Assembly: GCA_964551375.1 (NCBI GenBank) | Contig: CAZKBG010000001.1 | Coordinates: forward strand, 180,001-212,000 | Origin: an uncultured archaeon | GTDB lineage: Archaea > Iainarchaeota > Iainarchaeia > Iainarchaeales > JAAZKV01 | Direction: 5' to 3' | DNA length: 32,000 bases | Part shown: one piece after another, positions 25,421 through 32,000 of the stretch | Position numbering within the stretch: the first letter of the stretch is position 1 | Layout: every line of letters starts with the position of its first letter | Program-made: the position numbers and the translations under genes | Notes under the pieces: generated by a model | Seen by the model: only the letters and a program-made list of their open reading frames with translations | Told to the model about the DNA's origin: nothing | Databases searched by the model: none

Positions 25421-25675
25421 TTAGATTTTTGCTTTTGATGAAAAAGGATCATCATCGCCTGAAGGATTCATTTCAACAGAATCCTCAGAATAATCATCGT
25501 CATCATCAGTATTTACTCGCTCGCTTGGGGACTTTGCAGCAACTGATTCAAGAATATACTTAAGCTCCGACAAGCACTGCTCGCAAATATCCTTATTCCC
25601 AATAGTTCTCCCCTTGCAGCCGCCATCGCGCTGTTCTTCACCAACGAAAGTATCGCAAAACATACAGTTAGACAT
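25421..25675 (-). CDS. Small zinc-finger-like protein with acidic tail
   Basis: MSNCMFCDTFVGEEQRDGGCKGRTIGNKDICEQCLSEL followed by DDDDDYSEDS; CxxC...C...CxxC spacing. ORF track start 25699 is eight codons upstream. Confidence 0.6.
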   Translation of the reverse strand: MSNCMFCDTFVGEEQRDGGCKGRTIGNKDICEQCLSELKYILESVAAKSPSERVNTDDDDDYSEDSVEMNPSGDDDPFSSKAKI

Positions 25676-25893
25676 TTTTACCACCAAATACTTAACCAAT
25701 TGAATTTACCTATTAACTTTACCTATTAAATTGAAGCGGCAGATAAATAAAAACCTTCTCTTTTTTTGCAAAAATTAACCCTCAATTTTACTTAAAATCT
25801 AAATAAATCATGACTAACCCATATATTCAACAACAATTTGCCCTAAGCAACAATTAAAATCCCTAATTGAGTATATTGTAGCAAGGTGGATGA

Positions 25894-26349
25894 ATGGATT
25901 ACAATGCGGAACTTGATAAACTAATACAGAAGATTATGCCTGAAGATGTAATTATGCTTGAAAAAGAACTAAGAGGACTCCTTGAAAGAGAAGTTTATGA
26001 AAGAGGATTATACTTTATGGAACTAAGAAAATTTGACGGAGAAATTTTTGAAACAGTTAAATGGCTCTCTGAACAGGAATCCACCCACGCAAATGTATTA
26101 ATGCGCGTTCTTGCAAGAGGAAATATAATAGCAAAAGAGCCTCAATTTGAATTCAAACCCCTAAAAGCAAGCACTGTTGAAATAATAAAAATGAATGTTC
26201 AAGGCGAAAGAAAAGCAATTCAAGATTATACTCTTGCAATCAACAAAACCAAATCAACCGAACTTAAAAAAGTCCTTGACATGATAATGTCTGAAGAATT
26301 TGACCACATAAGAAGACTAAGCGCATTTACTATGAAAGATGAGTTGTAA
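25894..26349 (+). CDS. Ferritin-like / rubrerythrin-type diiron protein
   Basis: 151 aa; four-helix pattern with EREVYERG, WLSEQESTHANVL, GERKAIQDYTLAI, MSEEFDHIRRL (ExxH motifs). Confidence 0.7.
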   Translation: MDYNAELDKLIQKIMPEDVIMLEKELRGLLEREVYERGLYFMELRKFDGEIFETVKWLSEQESTHANVLMRVLARGNIIAKEPQFEFKPLKASTVEIIKMNVQGERKAIQDYTLAINKTKSTELKKVLDMIMSEEFDHIRRLSAFTMKDEL

Positions 26350-26356
26350 AAATAAA

Positions 26357-26438
26357 TGCAGAGGAAGAGGATCGAACTCTCAAAGCCACTAAGGCCCAGG
26401 ACCTCAACCTGGTTGGTTTTCCAATTCCATACCCCTGC
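26357..26438 (-). tRNA. tRNA-Leu (anticodon GAG), type II
   Basis: Reverse complement: acceptor GCAGGGG/CCTCTGC, anticodon stem CCAGG/CCTGG with loop TTGAGGT, variable arm GCC..GGC, T-arm GAGAG-TTCGATC-CTCTT, discriminator A. Confidence 0.95.
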
Positions 26439-26554
26439 ATAATATTTTGGCTTTGTTATTTATTTTACTTATTTTATTGCTTGCTTGATTAACTTTCTTT
26501 TGAATAGATTTAATTAGCTTTCCCTAAGCCCCAATTTTTACTTACTTAAGAAGA

Positions 26555-27262
26555 TTATTTCATTGGAACTTCAATCAATAGAACTTTGCTTTTTTCTTTT
26601 GCAGTGAATTTCGCCTCAAGAGTGTCTGAAATTTCAATTGAATCTCTTAAATCAATGTTTTCTTTTTCAAAAGATATTTTTCCGTCTATTACAAACGCAA
26701 ATAATCCGTTTCCTTTTGTAATTTTTCTTGAGAATGACTTGCCTTTTGAGAAATTTCCAAGCATTACAAAAGCATCTTGATGGATGTAAAGAGATTTTTT
26801 GCTTTTCTCGCCTGATGCAACTACTAAAAGCTTATTTTCAAGCGCGGAATTGCTAAATTTCTTGTTATCATACCTTGGCTGGATTCCTTTTTCTTTAGTA
26901 TTAATCCAAATCTGGAATAGTTTAACAAAATCTTCTTTTGAGTGGTTGAATTCAGAGTGATATACTCCGCTTCCAGCAGACATTACTTGAACTTCGCCCG
27001 GCTTAATCAAGCCGTGATTGCCTTCGCTGTCCTTGTGTTCAAGAACCCCTTCTATAACAATAGTAATTATTTCCATGTCTCTATGCTGATGCATATCAAA
27101 TCCTGAAGACGGAGCTACTATATCATCATTTAGAACTAAAAGTTTTCCAAACCCAGTTCTTTTTGGATTAAAATAATTGCTAAAGCTGAAGCTGTACTTA
27201 GTAGTAAGCCAATCGTAATCTCCCCCTCCGCGTTCATTTGCCCGATGAATTAATGTTTTCAT
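26555..27262 (-). CDS. Pirin-family bicupin protein
   Basis: 235 aa; RANERGGGDYDWLTTKYSFSFSNYFNP, SSGFDMHQHRDMEIITIVIEGVLEHKDSEGN, VQVMSAGSGVYHSEFN. Confidence 0.92.
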   Translation of the reverse strand: MKTLIHRANERGGGDYDWLTTKYSFSFSNYFNPKRTGFGKLLVLNDDIVAPSSGFDMHQHRDMEIITIVIEGVLEHKDSEGNHGLIKPGEVQVMSAGSGVYHSEFNHSKEDFVKLFQIWINTKEKGIQPRYDNKKFSNSALENKLLVVASGEKSKKSLYIHQDAFVMLGNFSKGKSFSRKITKGNGLFAFVIDGKISFEKENIDLRDSIEISDTLEAKFTAKEKSKVLLIEVPMK

Positions 27263-27300
27263 AAAATCAACTCCAACTCCAAAATGCTGTTATAAAATTA

Positions 27301-28497
27301 CTATTTTCTTACAACCCCTTCTTTAATTGCCTGCATTTTTACCGCTTCTGCCACTACTAACGCCACACTTTTATCAAGCGGGCTTGGCAAAACAGCATCC
27401 CTTGAAGGGTTTTTGATGCTTGATGCAAGCGCAAGCGCTGCCGCAAGCTTCATGCCAGGAGTAATCTTAGTTGCTTTTGCTTCAAGCGCTCCCTTAAATA
27501 TTCCTGGAAAAGCAAGCACGTTATTTATCTGGTTTGGAAAATCGCTTCTCCCAGTTCCAACAACACTAGCCCCCGCGCTAATTGCCACATCTGGCATTAT
27601 TTCAGGAGTAGGATTTGCAAGAGCAAAAATAACGGGATCTTTATTCATCAATTTAATATGCTCTTTATTCAATAAATTTCCCTTGCTTACTCCAATAAAT
27701 ACATCCGCGCCTTTAAGGGCATCATTTAGCGAGCCAGTCAAGTTGCTTCTATTAGTAAATTGCACAAGCTTCTTTTTGCTTTCATCAAGGTCGGTTCTGC
27801 TTTTAGAAATTATCCCCTTGCTGTCAACCATTATAATATCCTTAACTCCTTTGCATGAATTTTTATCAAACCCGTTGCAAGAAAGGAGTTTTGACACTGC
27901 AACTCCCGCAGAGCCTGCCCCGTTAATTACTACTTTAACCTGTTTAATATCTTTTCCAGTGACTTTTAGCGCGTTAGTAAGAGCCGCGTAAACAACAATC
28001 GCAGTGCCGTGCTGATCATCATGCATCACAGGAATTCCAATGTCCTGTAATTTTTCTTCTATTTCAAAGCATCTTGGAGCGGAAATATCTTCTAAGTTTA
28101 CTCCGCCAAATACAGGCGCAATTCGCTTAACTGTTTCAACTATTTCATCAACATTTTTAGTATCAAGCGCGATTGGAAATGCATTTACGCCCGCAAATTC
28201 TTTAAACAAAACAGCTTTTCCCTCCATCACAGGAAGAGAAGCCATAGGACCAATATCCCCCAAGCCAAGAACAGCAGTCCCGTCAGTAATAACCGCAACT
28301 GTGTTCGATTTAATTGTATATTCAAATACTTTTTCAGGATTTTTATTAATCTCAAGGCACGGCTCTGCAACGCCAGGAGTATAAGCAAGCGACAAGTCCT
28401 GCTTAGTATTAATTTTTACTTTTGATTCAACAGAAAGCTTTCCTCTCAGCTTTTTATGCAACTCAATTGCAGGACTACCCATATTATCACCCATCAA
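27301..28497 (-). CDS. Malic enzyme (NAD(P)-dependent, malate dehydrogenase oxaloacetate-decarboxylating)
   Basis: 398 aa; LSLAYTPGVAEPC, DGTAVLGLGDIGPMASLPVMEGKAVLFKEFAG, FGGVNLEDISAPRCFEIE, PVMHDDQHGTAIV, VVINGAGSAG. Confidence 0.95.
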   Translation of the reverse strand: MMGDNMGSPAIELHKKLRGKLSVESKVKINTKQDLSLAYTPGVAEPCLEINKNPEKVFEYTIKSNTVAVITDGTAVLGLGDIGPMASLPVMEGKAVLFKEFAGVNAFPIALDTKNVDEIVETVKRIAPVFGGVNLEDISAPRCFEIEEKLQDIGIPVMHDDQHGTAIVVYAALTNALKVTGKDIKQVKVVINGAGSAGVAVSKLLSCNGFDKNSCKGVKDIIMVDSKGIISKSRTDLDESKKKLVQFTNRSNLTGSLNDALKGADVFIGVSKGNLLNKEHIKLMNKDPVIFALANPTPEIMPDVAISAGASVVGTGRSDFPNQINNVLAFPGIFKGALEAKATKITPGMKLAAALALASSIKNPSRDAVLPSPLDKSVALVVAEAVKMQAIKEGVVRK

Positions 28498-28592
28498 ACC
28501 CGATTCTTTTTCAGTACAGCAAATTAATTATCCGAGCTAAAAAAGTTTTTGGAAATTATATCTACTAAGTAAAGTCAAATGCATTTTATAAG

Positions 28593-28982
28593 TTATGCAT
28601 TGCCCGCGCCGGCTGCTGCAGCCCTTACTCCAGCCTCATTAAATATGTGCGAAATTTCGCTTGAAGCTGAATGATGCCAGTCGTCAATTATTCTCTGCAT
28701 TTTATCCTTAATTTCAGGCTTCTTTTTTATGCAGTAAAGAAAAACATATCCGCCGTTGTCAAGGTTATTCTGTCTTCTTTCAATAATTTCCCGCTCAAGA
28801 AGCTTCTTCAGCGACTTCTGGATTGTTGTTCTGTCAAGATCCAGAGTTTTACTCACAGTGCTTACTGTTTCGCACTTGTTGCTTTTTGAAAGGAACAAAA
28901 ACAAATCAAGCTCTGTTTTGTTCAGTCCGAATGTGCACTTAATCAAATCTTTTGAATCAATTCTTCTGCATCCAAAATCCAT
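28593..28982 (-). CDS. TrmB/MarR-like winged-helix transcriptional regulator
   Basis: 129 aa; GLNKTELDLFLFLSKSNKCETVSTVSKTLDLDRTTIQKSLKKLLEREIIERRQ is a clear wHTH core. Confidence 0.75.
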   Translation of the reverse strand: MDFGCRRIDSKDLIKCTFGLNKTELDLFLFLSKSNKCETVSTVSKTLDLDRTTIQKSLKKLLEREIIERRQNNLDNGGYVFLYCIKKKPEIKDKMQRIIDDWHHSASSEISHIFNEAGVRAAAAGAGNA

Positions 28983-28987
28983 AATAT

Positions 28988-29905
28988 CTACCTCTCTTTT
29001 ACGCTTTCGCGTTTTATTTCTTCAAAAGCCGTGTTCGCCGCAATTGCTCCTTCAGCAGTTGCAACAACCGCCTGCTTAAAATTTTCCGAGTTCAAATCCC
29101 CGGCAGAAAAAACTCCGTGGATATTTGTTCTCATTTTTTTATCAACCACCACATATCCCCACTCATCAAGAGCAAGTCCTATGCCGTTAAGAAAATCCTT
29201 TTGAGGAGCCGAGCCAATCTCAATAAAAACTCCGTCAAGCATAATTTCTCTTTTTGTGTCAAGTTTCACTCCCGTAAGCCTATCATTACCCATGAATTCT
29301 ATTACATTTGAATTAAATACCTTTTCTATCTTGTTATTTTGGTTAACCAGCTCCAACCATACAGGCTCGGCTTTGGAAAACTCCCCTTTTCTATAAATTA
29401 TATATACTTTCTGGGCAATATCCGCAAGGTAAGATGCTGAAGATAATGCCGCATCGCTTCCCCCAATCACCCCAACAATTTTGTTTTTGAAAAAAGGGCC
29501 GTCGCATGTTGCGCAATAACTTACTCCTTTTCCCCTAAGTTCAAGCTCTCTTGCTAAACCCAAGTGCTTTCTTTTTGTTCCGATTGCAACAATAACTTTT
29601 TTCGCTTTAATTTCCTTTTCAGTCCCTTTTAAAATAAATCCCCCTTCAACTTTTTTTACCGAAGCGATTCTGTCAGGAACTATTTCAATCCCAAGCGAAT
29701 TTACCTGTTCGACCATTTTTTGCGAAAGGGCAAAACCTGTAATATTGCAGTACCCAGGAAAATTGCATACTTCATGCGCTTCAGTAATTGTCCCCCCGAA
29801 TATTTCACCAAACACCACTGTGCTTAATTTGTATCTTCCAGCATAGGTTGCAGCCATTAATCCCGCAGGTCCGGCGCCTATTACTGCAATATCGTATTCA
29901 TCCAT
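28988..29905 (-). CDS. trxB: Thioredoxin-disulfide reductase-type flavoprotein
   Basis: Start revised to MDEYDIAVIGAGPAGLMAATYAGR; CATC redox motif (YCATCDGPFF), GVIGGSDAALSSA, GVFSAGDLNSENFKQAVVATAEG. Confidence 0.93.
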   Translation of the reverse strand: MDEYDIAVIGAGPAGLMAATYAGRYKLSTVVFGEIFGGTITEAHEVCNFPGYCNITGFALSQKMVEQVNSLGIEIVPDRIASVKKVEGGFILKGTEKEIKAKKVIVAIGTKRKHLGLARELELRGKGVSYCATCDGPFFKNKIVGVIGGSDAALSSASYLADIAQKVYIIYRKGEFSKAEPVWLELVNQNNKIEKVFNSNVIEFMGNDRLTGVKLDTKREIMLDGVFIEIGSAPQKDFLNGIGLALDEWGYVVVDKKMRTNIHGVFSAGDLNSENFKQAVVATAEGAIAANTAFEEIKRESVKER

Positions 29906-29961
29906 TTTGCCCACCTTTTTTATTGTATTTTTGTGTTTATTGCCATAGCCAATTGTGTTAT

Positions 29962-30303
29962 TTATTTTGCCCTTTTTCCTATCCATTCATCCAAAAGCGG
30001 TTCAGGAACAAATCCCACAAATTCATCAATGACTTTCCCGTCTTTAAACATTTTCACCGCAGGAATGCCAGTTATTCCAAATCTTGTTGATTGAATTGGA
30101 TTAGCGTCAACATTTAGTTTTGCAATCTTTACTTTGCCTTTGTATTTTGCAGCAAGCTTTTCCATCACAGGAGTCAGCATTTTACAAGGCATGCACCAGT
30201 CAGCCCAAAAATCAACCACCACAATTTCTCCTTTTGGCGCTTTTAACACCATTTCATCAAAATTTTTATCACTTATTTCTATCGCATTATGCATATTATT
30301 CAC
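29962..30303 (-). CDS. trxA: Thioredoxin (CMPC active site)
   Basis: 113 aa; VVVDFWADWCMPCKMLTPVMEKLA, FGITGIPAVKMFKDGK. Start may be the ATG at 30294 rather than GTG at 30303. Confidence 0.92.
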   Translation of the reverse strand: MNNMHNAIEISDKNFDEMVLKAPKGEIVVVDFWADWCMPCKMLTPVMEKLAAKYKGKVKIAKLNVDANPIQSTRFGITGIPAVKMFKDGKVIDEFVGFVPEPLLDEWIGKRAK

Positions 30304-30397
30304 CGTGCCCCATTAAGTCAGTAGTGATTATTATACACACACTCATTTATATACGATTTGAAGTTGTGCAAATGAACCGCTTTTATTCACACCCAGT

Positions 30398-30440
30398 TTA
30401 TAAAAAATAGAAATTCTGCCGCAGTTTTTACTCCGCGGCA
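30398..30440 (-). terminator. Candidate stem-loop plus T-tract terminator downstream of the SPFH gene
   Basis: TGCCGC (30417-30422) / GCGGCA (30435-30440), 12-nt loop; minus strand continues into GAATTTCTATTTTTTATAAAA. Confidence 0.45.
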
Positions 30441-30484
30441 AAATCTAAATCTTTATTTTGCTTTCCAATCACTTTTATTTTCCA

Positions 30485-31285
30485 TTACCTTGATTTTTTC
30501 TTTCCCATTACCTTGTTAATATTTTGAGCCATTTCAAGCACATCCACAGGCACTGCCAAAATAACAGTGTTGCTTGCGCTTGGACCAAGACCGTCAATTG
30601 TTTGAAGAGTCCTTAGTTGCATTGCGCCTTTAGTTTTAGCCATGATTTGAGCGGCTTTTGAAAGATTCTCCGCAGCCATTCTATCCCCTTCGGATTTAAT
30701 GATAGTAGCTCTTTTTTCTCTTTCAGAGCTTGCCTGCCTTGACATGATTCTTTTCAAATCTTCAGGCATTTCAATATCCTGCAGTTTGATTTCCTGAACT
30801 TCAATCCCCCACTGGATTGAAGCTTTTTCAACAATTTTTTCAATGTCTTTTCCAATGTTTTCTCTTTCAGTCAAAACGTTATCAAGCATCATGCTCCCAG
30901 CAACGTCCCTTAATGCAGTCTGGGCATATTGTGAAATTGCATATTCATAATCTTGAATTTTTGTTACCGCTGTCGCAGCATCAGCGACTTTAAAATAAAC
31001 AACTCCATTTATCGCAACAGGAACGTTATCTTTAGTAATCACCTGCTGTTTTTGAATATCAATAGTAACAATTCTCATGTCAATTTTTCTAATCGAATCA
31101 ATTACTGGAATAATAATTCTAAGCCCCGGCTGAAGAGTGTCCTTATACTTCCCAAGCCTGAATCTTACCCCATTTTCCCACTGATTGATAATTCTAATTC
31201 CCATGATTGCTAAAATCACTGCTACAATTAGTATCAGCCAAAAGGAACCAAATAATACCCCAATTATTAAATCAGCTAATGCCAT
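30485..31285 (-). CDS. SPFH / stomatin-like (slipin) membrane protein
   Basis: 266 aa; N-terminal TM, INQWENGVRFRLGKYKDTLQPGLRIIIPVIDSIRKIDMRIVTIDIQKQQVITKDNVPVAINGVVYFKV, RDVAGSMMLDNVLTERENIGKDI, GIEVQEIKLQDIEMPEDLKRIMSRQASSEREKRA. Confidence 0.95.
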   Translation of the reverse strand: MALADLIIGVLFGSFWLILIVAVILAIMGIRIINQWENGVRFRLGKYKDTLQPGLRIIIPVIDSIRKIDMRIVTIDIQKQQVITKDNVPVAINGVVYFKVADAATAVTKIQDYEYAISQYAQTALRDVAGSMMLDNVLTERENIGKDIEKIVEKASIQWGIEVQEIKLQDIEMPEDLKRIMSRQASSEREKRATIIKSEGDRMAAENLSKAAQIMAKTKGAMQLRTLQTIDGLGPSASNTVILAVPVDVLEMAQNINKVMGKKKSR

Positions 31286-31390
31286 AATCTTGCCCCCTTA
31301 TATGAATTATAATTAATCCTATTTTTAAATTAATTCACTGAAGAAGACTCGTTGAATTTTATCTAATTTATGGGCAAATTACATAAGTTC

Positions 31391-31993
31391 TTATTTGCTG
31401 CTGTGATGAGCCCATCTCTTTTTGTTCTTTTTATCATTCTTCCCTTCAAGCTTAATCATGCTCGCCCAGTCAAATTTAAAGAAAACAATAATCGCAACTA
31501 CGCCTATTATTTCAATCATAATAGTAAACAAGTTCATATTTCCAGCCATTGTGGACTGCACTGATGAGAAAACCTTGTCCACAGTGAAAACCAAAAATAA
31601 ATAACTAATAGTTCTTCCAACAACAAATCCAGCAAGTATTTCCCTCAACCTTGTCTTAGTCGCCCCAAAAGCAATGAATAAAGCATTTGAAGGAAGAGGG
31701 CTTAAAGCATAAATAATTGTGAAGGTAAACTTCTCCCAGCTCTTTGCGCTCAATTGCTTTTCAATTGATTTTAACTCATGCATCTTTTCCCTGCTCGCAA
31801 ATCGAGTAGCAACATACCCTGATAGTTTAGCAAGCGCAAAACGGCCCACAGTTGAAGCGCTCACTCCAATAAAAACAAGGACCCAAATATTCTGCGGCCT
31901 TGTTATATTAAAAAAAGACAAAACTGCCCAGGTAGGCGGAGCCATAGCAGGAACAACGTTAATTACAAGAACAATTACCCACTGAACAATCAA
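31391..31993 (-). CDS. VTT/DedA-like (SNARE-associated Golgi protein family) membrane protein, start possibly beyond window
   Basis: 200 aa; STVGRFALAKLSGYVATRF, FTFTIIYALSPLPSNALFIAFGATKTRLREILAGFVVGRTISYLFLVF. The ORF reaches within 7 nt of the window edge, so the true start may lie outside. Confidence 0.7.
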   Translation of the reverse strand: MIVQWVIVLVINVVPAMAPPTWAVLSFFNITRPQNIWVLVFIGVSASTVGRFALAKLSGYVATRFASREKMHELKSIEKQLSAKSWEKFTFTIIYALSPLPSNALFIAFGATKTRLREILAGFVVGRTISYLFLVFTVDKVFSSVQSTMAGNMNLFTIMIEIIGVVAIIVFFKFDWASMIKLEGKNDKKNKKRWAHHSSK

Positions 31994-32000
31994 AAGAAGC

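Noticed and set aside
27413-27991. 192-aa plus-strand ORF
   Set aside because: Antisense to the malic enzyme, low-complexity Ala/Ser-rich; shadow ORF.
28040-28384. 114-aa plus-strand ORF
   Set aside because: Antisense to the malic enzyme catalytic region; shadow ORF.
1-32000. Mobile element, defence island, CRISPR or secondary-metabolite cluster
   Set aside because: No transposase, integrase, Cas, restriction-modification, toxin-antitoxin, NRPS/PKS or regularly spaced repeat signature was found on either strand.

Overview
This is an AT-rich, densely packed archaeal chromosomal segment. Archaeal affinity is inferred from the GTP-type PEPCK, the HPS/PHI (RuMP) enzymes, TATA-like boxes directly upstream of start codons, type II tRNAs and a TrmB-like regulator; a reduced-genome DPANN-like lineage is possible but unproven. 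I see about 27 supportable protein genes, one edge-truncated gene, two tRNAs (Ser-GGA, Leu-GAG) and several stem-loop/T-tract elements. I found no CRISPR array, transposase, integrase, toxin-antitoxin pair or classical defence island. The most distinctive content is: (i) a PRPP-synthesis cluster, prs then an in-frame ribose-5-phosphate isomerase/3-hexulose-6-phosphate synthase fusion then 6-phospho-3-hexuloisomerase, covering F6P to PRPP; (ii) two translationally coupled tandem-GH130 genes carrying four propeller-like modules with graded motif loss, next to phosphohexomutase and mannose-6-P-isomerase-like cupin genes; (iii) a 1743-aa membrane-anchored surface protein preceded by a perfect 19-bp palindrome; (iv) a cytochrome b5-domain lipoprotein beside a YedZ/MsrQ-like heme membrane protein; (v) a thioredoxin reductase lacking the NADPH HRRxxxR motif, paired with a CMPC thioredoxin; (vi) several small orphan proteins, one with a possible minimal PD-(D/E)XK-like core.
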